Assembly: GCF_009914755.1 (NCBI RefSeq)
Contig: NC_060934.1
Direction: 5' to 3' (one strand)
Length of the DNA stretch: 64,000 nucleotides
Source: the human T2T-CHM13v2.0 reference genome, Homo sapiens
The translations under genes were made by a program, and so were the position numbers. Of this stretch, positions 11,588 to 22,300 are shown one piece after another. A model generated the notes under the pieces. The model was not told the DNA's origin. It saw only the letters and a program-made list of their open reading frames with translations, and searched no databases. How positions within the stretch are numbered: the stretch's first letter is position 1; each line of letters opens with the position of its first letter.

Positions 11588-14088
11588 AGAGGAAGCAGTG
11601 CATTGGTGAAGGCAACGTTAGGTGTGATTTCCATTCCTGCTGGGAGACCCGGGACGCAGCCCGGGAGCTTCGTCCAGCCTGTGGATGGAGCCTGACTGGC
11701 TGCAGATGGAACTTCTGTGTCCTCCCACCCTAGGTGGGCTAAGGTTCTGCTCTCAGAGCTGAATTGACAGGAGGTGTGTGTGTGTGCTCACTTGTGTGCA
11801 CAAGCATGCGTTTATGCATGTTTTCACGCAACCAGAAGAGCCATTCGTGGGATTTAGCCATTTCGAGGCACCTAGAAGTTGAGGCAGCCAGCTGTGCAGC
11901 CAGGTGTGACTGTTACTGGCAGCATTGTATAAAAGACACGACTCAGCTGCCGTAGGGAGGACTGGGTTGTCTGGAAGTATTAGGCTCATTTTATATTTGT
12001 GTCAGAAGAAATGTCTGACTTTGGGGCAGATGACACGGTGGCTGCGGACCAGGCATGGCTCCCTAGGTTGAAATCAGGGAAAAGCTAATAGTATCAGACA
12101 GATATGCTTTTTCTTTGGTGGCTGCAGGATTTTTGCTGGAAAATGCACTATTAATCAGCACTTGTCCAAGAAAGACCCATCCATTTCTGTTGTCATTCAA
12201 GCCACAGTTCCTGATTTACTCGGCAAGATACTGGGCCAGTTCAGTGTCTCTAGCTGAGCCTGACCTCGGGGTTTGCGTCTCGAGTCTGAAATCCTGTTTA
12301 GTCCTCTGTGCATAGTTTTGTCTCATTTTAACGACTGCATCTTCTTGGCACATTTATTATACTCACAACTGAATGGCACACAATAGCCTTGTGTTAATAA
12401 AAGCTACCGTGGCGCTGTGGGTGAACCGCTGGGTTGAAGTCCGATGGACTCTACGATGCAGGCATCCAGAAATATGTTGTAACTCTACCTGGCTCCCTGC
12501 CAGCCTGGCCTCCTCCTCTGGGAGAGCTCCTGGCATGGTCCCAATGTGTACCTGCATGGGAACAACAGCTGCATGGGCCAGCTGTTTCGGATCTAAAGAT
12601 GTGCAGTGAAACTCACATTCCCAGATTCACATCCCTCATGTTTATTTGGGTCATCATGGTTTAGCATGTTGTATATATGTCTGGAGCACTTCATACACCT
12701 CTATCCACCACAGACACTCTTAATCACAGTTCTGTAATAATAAGGCAAACTATACGGCAAAGAGAAGCATGTAAATATGTACCAAATCCTTATGAAGTTG
12801 TAATTGTTTATATGTAAAAAGTATGTATATAGGAACGGGAGAAGGTGCAAGGAATGTGCTGAATAACATCCAAACTGCATCGCGTCTCTGCCCCATTCCT
12901 GAAAGCACACATCTAGTTGGAGCGTCAGTTCCTCTCCTTAGATATCATTGTTTTCACTCGTCTATCATAGGCACCTTCTTTACATCTGATTACAATACCC
13001 AGCATTTCAGAACTGGGTTTTTGCCCCCAAAAAGGTAAATATGAGCATTTATCACTGACTCCTCCTGGTCCAGTGAGCAGCAGCAGAATTCAAGTATTTA
13101 AAAATAAGGTGCATTTCTAAATTGCAGGCTATACCTTCTTTTCCAAACCAATGGGCTAGAGTGAATTTCCTCCAAGTACTTGGGCTGTCTTACTGCTAGC
13201 TCTTCTAACAGGGGAAGTCTGTATGAATGCATCACCCCCTAATAAGGCAAGAGGAAGGACCCTGAAATGTTGCCAGAAATGTACTGTTACATCAACATTT
13301 ACATTATATTAACATCATCACACTCTGTGTTCAACACACAGAACAACATAGATACTTTAGTTTGTCTAAAGTAAAAATCCACATAAATAGCAGATTCCTT
13401 TGTTGACACCAGTGTGTTGTTTACCTTGTGCCCATGGTCCAGATTTTGAGCTGGAGAAGGACTATGGCTGTTCCTTAAAGTCTCTGCCCTTGCAGAATCT
13501 GTAGCCTTCAGGATACCCCGAGTGCCTTACAGGGCTTGTGAACACCGATACTAGAAGTCAAAAAGAAGAGAGTGCCCAAGTGTGGGTTTGGAGGCACTGA
13601 CGCATTCGCCAACTCACCGTCATCCCATCCTTGAAACCCTGAGAGAGAGTGTGTGTTTTATCACAGTAATGGAATTCAGTTTAGCCTCAGGAAACTCATA
13701 TTGTGAATATAGGTATCAAATCATATATTTGTTTACTGTATATTTTTTAAAAAGCTTTATTGTAAATTTATGCAAAAACTAACCGGGCCTGTTTTCTTAC
13801 GGCGGCATGCCAGGTAGTGTGTGTATTCTCCCAGGCACTCCCTTCATAGTCACCCTCTAACCACGTGACATTCCGTTCCATGCTAAGCAGTATTCACAGG
13901 CCTAAAATAGGTTTGTATGGTGATCTACAAGATTTTACAAATATTTTTGTATTGTGATTCCTATGATATATACCAGAGAATTTTTTACTCGTTTGTAAAT
14001 TATTGTACAGTTTTAATAAAAAATGTTTTAAATCTTAGACGATTAAAGTCCCCTCAAAGGTATTAAAGTTTGAACTGAAAGCCGTATG
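11588..14088 (+). other. JAKMIP3: Probable 3'-terminal, largely untranslated exon of the upstream gene (JAKMIP3 inferred)
   Basis: Strong acceptor (cactaaac...ttttctccactctttttcag|A) at 11587/11588; repeat-poor, AU-rich 3'UTR-like sequence; poly(A) hexamers AATAAA 14015-14020 and ATTAAA 14042 and 14062. Gene identity comes from recalled gene order upstream of DPYSL4 only. Confidence 0.65.
14015..14067 (+). terminator. Poly(A) signal cluster of the upstream gene
   Basis: AATAAA 14015-14020, ATTAAA 14042-14047 and 14062-14067, with UGUA elements upstream. Confidence 0.7.
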
Positions 14089-14938
14089 AGCCATTTCTGC
14101 ACTTCTGAGTTCATTCTCTGAACAGTGCCTCTGCACACCAGAAACGGAGTCCGCGCCTTCCGCCCACTGTGGAGGAAAGCCCCAGTTCTCACCTGCGAGA
14201 TCACCTGGAGGGCAAGCTCTGCAGTCGGGTGCCTGGCAGCACCTGGCTCCGGTCGACCACCTGGGAGGCTCCCTCCTGTGGCTGTTGGTCAAATGTGAAC
14301 CATGGAAGAGATCAGACAGTTAGGAAAGGGACGGAACTTCTGCACGTGCATAAGAACAGTTGGTGATATTTGCCGTGGACGGTCCCACACAGGTGAGTAA
14401 CAGACATTGCATTAATCATTTAGGGGAGGGGGAGCCCAGAGGAGGACGAAGGGGTGGGAAGCTGCTGGACCTAGCTCTGCTGGCTCGGGCCCCGCCAGTA
14501 CTCGAGGTCATGGTGACTCAGTGGCCAAACTCTGGCTTTGAAATGCGGACTGCGGTAACAACGCAAAGGCCTGAAGTCTCTGGGTTCGAATTCAGCTGCT
14601 GCAGGCTGGGTAGAATGACAGATGGAGTGACAGCATCGCCCGTCACTCCTGTCTCGCCCCAAGCCTCTAACTCGGCTTTAAGGGAGATCAGCAGCAGTTT
14701 GCGTGGGCGGGTACACCCCACCCCCGCGCGCCCTCCACACTCGCCCAGGGTTTCGGAGTCAGGGCTTTCTTGTCTGGCGTGGGACGGCCCAAGGGGCCTG
14801 GAAATGTGGCCGGGATTCCCACAGCGGTTTCTCCGGTGCGCGCTCCCCGCCCGGCCTTCCCAGCGCCCAGTGTGTCCCGAGGGCGAGCAGCCACGCGTGG
14901 CCGGGACTAAGCGAGCACCCAGGGGCCAGAATGGGGCG

Positions 14939-14965
14939 TTCAGCACCCGCTACGTGGACAGAGCC
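14939..14965 (+). promoter_or_regulatory. Non-canonical (8-bp spacer) REST/NRSF RE1 site, predicted
   Basis: TTCAGCACC-cgctacgt-GGACAGAGCC; both RE1 half-sites intact. Confidence 0.6.
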
Positions 14966-16292
14966 AGCTCCGCGCAGCGCTGCCGGGCGGCAGGAGGCGG
15001 GGGGGAGGGCGCGGCCTCCAGGTCCGCCCAGTGCACCTGCCGCGCAGACCTCGCTACAGGAGGCTCCGAGACCGGATTCTGTCGCCCGCTCCTGCCGTGA
15101 CCGCGCGGCAGCCTCAGGAGCCCGCGAGGCCTCTGGCCCGGCCCAAGCTTGGCTGCGTGTTCCGCTGCGTGGAGGACGCCTTCGAGAGCAAGACGCTGCC
15201 GCTGGACGCTCTGGGCGGCGGCCGCCCGGGCCCTCGGGTTGGGAGGCGAGTCTGCGCGGCGCGCGGAGACCCCTCAACGGCCGCAGCAAGTCCCCGAGGG
15301 CAGCCCGGCGTGGCCCAGGCCCGGGACCCCCAGCAGGTAGTGGCCGCGGGACAGAGGCCGTGGGCCCGGGCTCGGACTCCCCGAGACCCTCGCACCCGGA
15401 GGACGCCGGGCGTGGGGCTCCCCCGCTCCCCCCTGCGGGGTCCTCCCTATCCGTAAAGGTCCTGAGCCTTCTGGGTCCTGCGACCACCCCCCACCCCCGC
15501 GAGGTCCCGCCCACCACCGCGTCCCGGTCCCTGGGGAGCGCGTGCGCCTCTTTCTGTCTCTCTCTCTCTCTCTCTGTCCTATTCGGGCCCCTCCTGCCCT
15601 CCGTCTCTCGCGGCCAGCGTGGAACAGCCTCGCGGGGTCACAGCCTGGCGCTCGGACCCTGGCCCGGGTCATCTGCGAAGGAGCCGGCTTTGGCCAAGGT
15701 GCCTTCCTGGACGGGTGTGGTTCCCAGAGCGTCGCGGCCCGGGGTTGACTGGCTCGGAATCCCGGGGCCTTGGGCGCCTCGCGTCTCCTGGGACCTGGGT
15801 TCCGCGCTGGAGGGCAGCGGGGGCGCGGGCGGGGCCTGGCAGGACGTGGCTGGACTCTCTCCCTCGTCTCCCCGGGGTGCAAACCCCGCGCACATCAGCT
15901 GGAGCAGGTTGAAATCCCCACCCAGCGCTCGTCCGCGGGTCTGCGCGGGGGCCCGGGGTGCAGAGATCAGACCCTGCAGCGGTTCCAGCGCTGGGGGGGC
16001 TTTAAAGCGAAGGAGTGGCTGAGGGCGGGGGCGGGGTTGATGGGCGGGGTGAGGCGGGGCTCGGGCTGGGGCGGGCCCTATCGGGGGCGGGGCCTATCGG
16101 GGGCGGGGCCTGCCGGGGGCGGAGCCGGGGTGGGGGCGGGGCCCAGCGGGGGCGGGACTGGAACGGAGCCGTGCGGCCCCGCGCGCTCGCAGTCTGTCTC
16201 CCGCCGTCCCCACGCACGCGTCCCGGCTCACGCGTCCGCCCGCCCGCCCGCCCCCGCTTGTGCCGCCCCTACCAGAGACCCCCAGGAGCAGG

Positions 16293-16331
16293 ATGTCCTT
16301 CCAGGGCAAGAAAAGCATCCCCCGGATCACG
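16293..16331 (+). CDS. DPYSL4: DPYSL4 coding exon 1
   Basis: [13 protein letters not shown]; donor gtgagc. Confidence 0.96.
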
Positions 16332-19300
16332 GTGAGCCCGGTCCCGCTTCGCCCGGCGCCCCCTGCCCGCCGCCCGGAGTGGGGCCTGGACGCCGGGCGG
16401 ACCCTCCTGGTCTTGTGCGTGGGTGGGGGGTCCCTGCCTTTGCGTCTGGTCCCTGTCCTGGCGCCCGCCCTTCCCTGCTCGGCTCCTTCGCGCCCCAGGG
16501 TCCGAGAGTCCCCGCTAGCGCCGCGCAGACCCCCTTAAGGAGCGGGGCGCCCAGGCCCGGCCCGGCCCTGCCCGGCCCTGCCCGGCCTTGCCGGCTTCCG
16601 GGAGCCTCGGCTGCGCCCGGGGAGAACCCGGGGCCGGGCGGCCTGTCCCTCAGAGCGCTAGCGGCTCCTTTCTCCCACGGCGGTCGGGTGGCGAGGCGGG
16701 CGGACGCGGCCCTTTGTTGGCCCGGGCTGGTCCGGGGCGCGGGGAGATGCCGTTCCCGGCGCAGCCCGTGGGTCGCCCGCCCCTTGGACGCACTGGCGCT
16801 GCGTCGGGAGCTCTTTGTCCGAGACAAAGCGATTTAGCCCCGGCCGCTCTGGCCGGAGTCCCTGGTGGCCCCGAACCCTTCCAGTAACCTGGGTTCAGCG
16901 ACTCCAAGGAAAGCGAGCGGTCAAGGGCCACTGGCCGGGAACCCTGGCAGCCCCTGAACCTTCGAGAGCAGAGACCCCTCCCCAACACCCACACGCACCG
17001 GCGCGGGAGGTCCCGCTCTGCCAGAAACAAAGCCTCCCCGCTCGGGCGGGGGGAGATGGGGGTGGGAGGAAGGAGGCTTCGGGACCCGGCAGGACCTGGG
17101 CGGGGGAGTCCATGGGGTCCCAGACCCGACTCTGGACTTGGCCTCGGCGGGAGGGCCGTGGGGTCTGACCTCTGGCATTAGCTCGAGCCGTGGGCTGTGG
17201 GCTCCACTCCCCCAGACTCTGAGCGAGGAAGGAGCCCTCCCCTCTCCAGATGGGAGGGGCTGCTGCCTCCAGAGGGTTCTGCCCGGCTGGGTCTGGTCTT
17301 GATGCAGGAGGTCTTGCCAGTCAGCTGGCATGTGGGGGTCGAGTTTGGGGGTGGCAGGAGGACCCCTTCCCAGGGGAGGTCAGGCAACCATGTCAGTGCG
17401 GAGGGGCAGCTGCTTCCCGGGAACTTTCACCTCCATCTGGATGAGTGCAGTAAGAAGAGCACAGCCCCACACCCCAGCTGCGTCTCCTCTGGGTTCCAAA
17501 CCCAGTCTCAGTGCGGGTGCCTGAACACTTGGGCGCCTATGAGCAGAGAGCCCAGACCACACGTCTCCTCAAGCCTCCTTCTGCCCGGTTGCGTTTTCTA
17601 GGGCTTCCTTGAAAATGCGTGGGTCCCCTGGGAGGGGTGGAAAGTGAAGAAGAGGGACAGCACCGGGAAGGCAGCCAGGGCCTGATGCGGCCACAGAGGC
17701 TCTGCAAATGCATGGTGGTGCCGGGTCAGGGCTGAGCCTGGCGCTCAGCTGGGACTGGGCAGGAGGAGGAGAGGTGCAGCGGCTGGGAACAGACAGCTCT
17801 GTAGACCAAGGGTCTAAAACTTCTTCCACAACCAGCCCGAGAGTAAATGTTGTCAGCTTTGCGGACCACGCTGTTCCTGTCTCAGCTGCTTGGCCCTGCC
17901 AGGAAAGCAGTCCTGGACATTTAGGAAGTCGATGGGCACCACTGTGTTCCAACAAAACTTTATCTGTGGATGCTGCAGTGTGAACTTCATAGAATTTTTG
18001 AGTCATGACATACTCTTGTTATTGTTTTCAGTGAATATACAAGAACGATTCTTAGCCTAGGGCTGTATGAAGAGAGGTAGAGGGTTGGGTCTGGCCTGTG
18101 GCATAGTCTGCCAACCGTTTGTAGACTATGGGGTAGAGGTTGACAAGTCACTGGGATCCTGAAAATACAGCCCCACAGTTAGATGTCAGCAGTGAATCCT
18201 GTAATGGAGTTCCTAGATAATGAACTCCTTCTCATTCTGAGAGTTTTACCAATTGTGCACTTCAGTTTAATGCTCTTGGCTTCAGACTGACGGTGCGTGA
18301 AGGCTGCAGCCCCAGGCTAGGGCCCTGGCCACCTATGGGTGGGCCCTGGAAACCCAGAGCAGGCGGCCGGACCTCCCTGTTAAATGCAGACGGTCAGTCC
18401 TGCCGGGTCAGTTGCAGGGCGTGCTGAGGCGCACGCCAGACGGTGGAGGGAAAAGCATTGCCGAGTCCAGCCCGTGGGCGCGTCCTTCTCCACCTCCTTT
18501 CACTCCTTTTTTGTGTTTCTCTCCCCCATTCTCCAATGAGGTCAGATCTTCACCTCTGACGGTCATGCAGAGTCCCATCAGTGACACCCTACTTTCTGCC
18601 TAATCTTCTGCTTCCCGGCCATCTGGTAGGATTCTTAGAAGTGGATTTATGACTGCCAAGCACTGGAGTCAATCCCTGTCTAACGCCACAGCTCTGTGCT
18701 GCCAGGGCTGACCTACAAAGAGCGGGCCTCACCAGCCTGACGCTCTGTGTCCCACTGGGAGTGCGTCCGAGCTGCACTGGAACCGAGGTCACCCCATCTC
18801 TTCCCCATCACCCCCATGGCCTCTTGGTCAGCAAGTCCTGCCCTCCTGACTCCCAGCCTCTCTGGAATCCACTCTCCTCCCGTCCCTTCCCATAGTCCTG
18901 TCCCAGAGCCCCTCATCTCACTCAGAAATCACCCCAGCAATGATCCGGCTCCCACTGTTACCTGTCACAAGCTACTTTCTAACACAGCAGCCAAAGGTGA
19001 TCTCTTTAAAACATCAAACCAGGATTGAAACCTGCTTAAGGCCCCCAGTCAGGGGGCAGCCATGGAGTCCCCAGGCCTACATATCCTGCCCCTGCCAAGC
19101 TCTGGGCACCGACTTGCCTCTGGCACCACCACCCCACCAGAAGGTTCCATCCCTCGGCCTCCTCCCAGGTCTGCTGATGGCAGCTCAAGCCCTTTCCTGC
19201 CCCAAGGCCAGGCTGCTTCCTGGCTGGAACGCTCGCCATGTCTGCCTTGCCCCTGTATCAGCCACCCTGGCCCCAGAGGTCCTTCTCCCAGCCCCTCTCT

Positions 19301-22300
19301 CATGGCCCTGCCATGGCGCCCTCACTGTGCTCTGCGCATTCGTCACCGACTGTGATGATCTGTGCACGTGTGTTTTTGCTGCCGTTGGTCTCCCCTCAGT
19401 GGGAGGCAGCCTCCTGGGGTGGGGACCATGCCTGTGGGGGCGCTGTCTGCCTCCGCCTCCTGGCACCATTACTGGTCTGTAGTGTTTGGGTGGAACCAAA
19501 GTCCAGCTCCGTCCGCTCCCAGCCTCCTCTGCGTGGGTGGAAGACAGGGTGGAGGAGAGCAGGATCTCTGAGGCTGCACAGGAGGCCATGAGGCAGCGTT
19601 CGCCTCCCACCTCAGGCTGGGGCTCCTCAATCCAGTGGTAAATCAGAAGATATAAATATGACCTGTGGCACTACCACACTTTCACCAACACGGGCTTTGC
19701 CCTCAGCGAGGTCTGAGCAGCAGCTGTGGGGCGTGCGTGGCACTTCCAGGGGCAACTGTTTTTGAGCGCCTGGTGCCACTTCTTGGGGAATAGTAAGCCG
19801 CTGCAGGCTTTTGTGCTCGTTTTTACGTCTAGAAATTTTGCCTGAATGTTTCAGTCATAATTTCAGAGGAAGGAGTTGCACCAAGAGTGTTACTGAGTAA
19901 CTCAGTTTGGAGAAAAATTACCCTTTGTTGTTCCCGATAGAGTGACCGCCTTCTGATCAGAGGTGGGAGGATCGTGAATGACGACCAGTCCTTTTACGCT
20001 GATGTGCACGTGGAAGATGGCTTGATAAAGTAAGTTTCCGCCGAAAATGAAAATACGTTCCCAGCTCGTGTGTACACGCTGGTCACGTGGTATCCAGGCA
20101 GTTGAAAGTATGTTCCCAGCTCGTGTGTACACGCTGGTCACGTGGTATCCAGGCAGGTGAAAGTATGTTCCCAGCTCGTGTGTACACGCTGGCCACGTGG
20201 TATCCAGGCAGTTGAAAGTATGTTCCCAGCTCGTGTGTACACGCTGGTCACATGGTATCCAGGCAGGTGAAAATAGTTCCCAGCTCGTGTGTACACGCTG
20301 GTCATGTGGTATCCAGGCAGGTAAAAGTATGTTCCCAGCTCGTATGTACACGCTGGTCACGTGGTATCCAGGCAGGTGCAGATAGTTCCCAGCTCGTGTG
20401 TACACGCTGGCCACGTGGTATCCAGGCAGTTGAAAGTATGTTCCCACCTCTTGTGTACACACTGGCCACGTGGTATCCAGGCAGTTGAAAGTATGTTCCC
20501 ACCTCTTGTGTACACACTGGTCACGTGGTATCCAGGCAGGTGCAAATAGTTCCCAGCTCGTGTGTACACGCTGGTCACGTGGTATCCAGGCAGTTGAAAG
20601 TATGTTCCCAGCTCGTGTGTACACGCTGGTCATGTGGTATCCAGGCAGATGAACATAGTTCCCAGCTCGTGTGTACACGCTGGTCATGTGGTATCCAGGC
20701 AGATGAACATAGTTCCCAGCTCGTGTGTACACGCTGGTCACATGGTATCCAGGCAGGTGAAAGTATGTTCCCAGCTCGTGTGTACACGCTGGTCACGTGG
20801 TATCCAGGCAGGTGAAAGTATGTTCCCAGCTCGTGTGTACACGCTGGTCACGTGGTATCCAGGCAGGTGAAAGTATGTTCCCAGCTCTTGTGTACACACT
20901 GGTCACGTGGTATCCAGGCATTGACTTTTGGGTGAAATCCATGGGAGAGGTTTCTTCTTTTCTAAACCCATCCTTGGCAGCAGTAAGCTGGTGGCCACTG
21001 TCAGAGCCCCGGCCTTTGGTGAGGGCAGAGGTATGTTGGGTGGCTGTGGGCGAAAGCAGGACACCAGCTTCCACGTTTCTTTGTTCATCGCAGCACTTAG
21101 TATGGTGCCTGGCTCATAGCAGGTGCTTCCTAAATACTGGTGCCCACATCTATTAGCGCACCTGCTTCCGTTTGTCAAGCTGCTCCGTCCTCTAGTCAAA
21201 AAAGTACCAACCAGGGACCTGAGTGGAAAACCACAGGGCGTGGCGTCTGCGTGAGGCTGGACCCTGCAGTGACCGTCCTGAGCTGCGCTGAGTGATGCTT
21301 TGCTCCCTGGCACTCCCGAGGAGCTAGTCCAGTGAGTGGCCGGCCGTGCTGGCCTTTTCCTCGGGGTCTGGAGCTCATGCAAACCCTTTAGCTCTGCTGC
21401 ATTGCTGGGAGCCCATCTGGGCTCTGACCTGGGCTCCCTGTAACCAGTGAAATCTCTGCTGCTTTCAGACAAATCGGAGAAAACCTCATCGTCCCTGGGG
21501 GCATCAAGACCATTGACGCCCACGGCCTGATGGTCCTTCCTGGTGGCGTTGACGTCCACACAAGGCTGCAGATGCCTGTCCTGGGCATGACACCGGCTGA
21601 CGACTTCTGTCAGGGCACCAAGGCAGCGCTAGCAGGAGGAACCACCATGATCTGTGAGTGTCTGGGTCTCCTCCTCTACAGGGGGCAGCCAGCGTCTGCT
21701 GCCCCTCTCTCTGGCCAGGTGTGTGTGGGAGGAGGAGTGTCGCCTAAAGGTGCCTTTCTCAGCTGTCTGCCTTTATTGCATCTGTCTGAGAACCTGGAGT
21801 GCTTTTCTAATCCCTGTGTCTCACTCTGGGTGTTTCTGTGTGGCCAGTGCTGGAATGCTCCTGGGATTTCCAGGACTGGAAATCAGTGACTGACGTGTGT
21901 CCACTTGTTCTTCCCTGGGCACTAGTAGCCAGCTCGGAGTTGGGGGTTGGAAAACTCAAATGCCTTGGGCGAGGGGAGGGGTCATGCTGTCTGAAATGCC
22001 AGATACATGTTTGACCTTGAGCCACATGCCTCGGAAGCTTCATATCTGGAAGGTTCTTGCTCATGTCAAGAAGAGTTAAGGATGGAGACTGTATTTTTAG
22101 AAAAAGATAAAAGCAATGCTCATTATTATCCCATCAAAAAATAACCCGAGTTGCTATTTCTGTAGTGCTGGCTGCGTGCCCGGCACGGGCTCTATCCTGA
22201 CACCCATCGGCTCACATGCTCTCCTCCTAAAACCCTCTGAGCTCAGCCCAGCTGGGCTCAGCTAAGCCTAGTTTAACAGGTGGGTGAGTGGAGTCCGCCT

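Larger units (their letters stand above)
14690..17160 (+). promoter_or_regulatory. DPYSL4: CpG island / DPYSL4 promoter
   Basis: Very high GC and CpG density spanning exon 1; dense GGGCGG (Sp/KLF) boxes at 16020-16160, 130-270 bp upstream of the ATG. Confidence 0.92.

Noticed and set aside
14360-17168. Long ORFs in the CpG island (e.g. 439 aa, 355 aa), possible long-isoform first exon
   Set aside because: Stop-codon depletion in GC-rich DNA, overlapping on both strands, with no recognisable CRMP N-terminal extension. Only 16293-16331 is supported.
20057-20920. CRISPR-like regular array with internal palindromes
   Set aside because: No unique spacers, head-to-tail units, no cas genes and a eukaryotic intron context: it is a VNTR. 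The same applies to 49920-51225.
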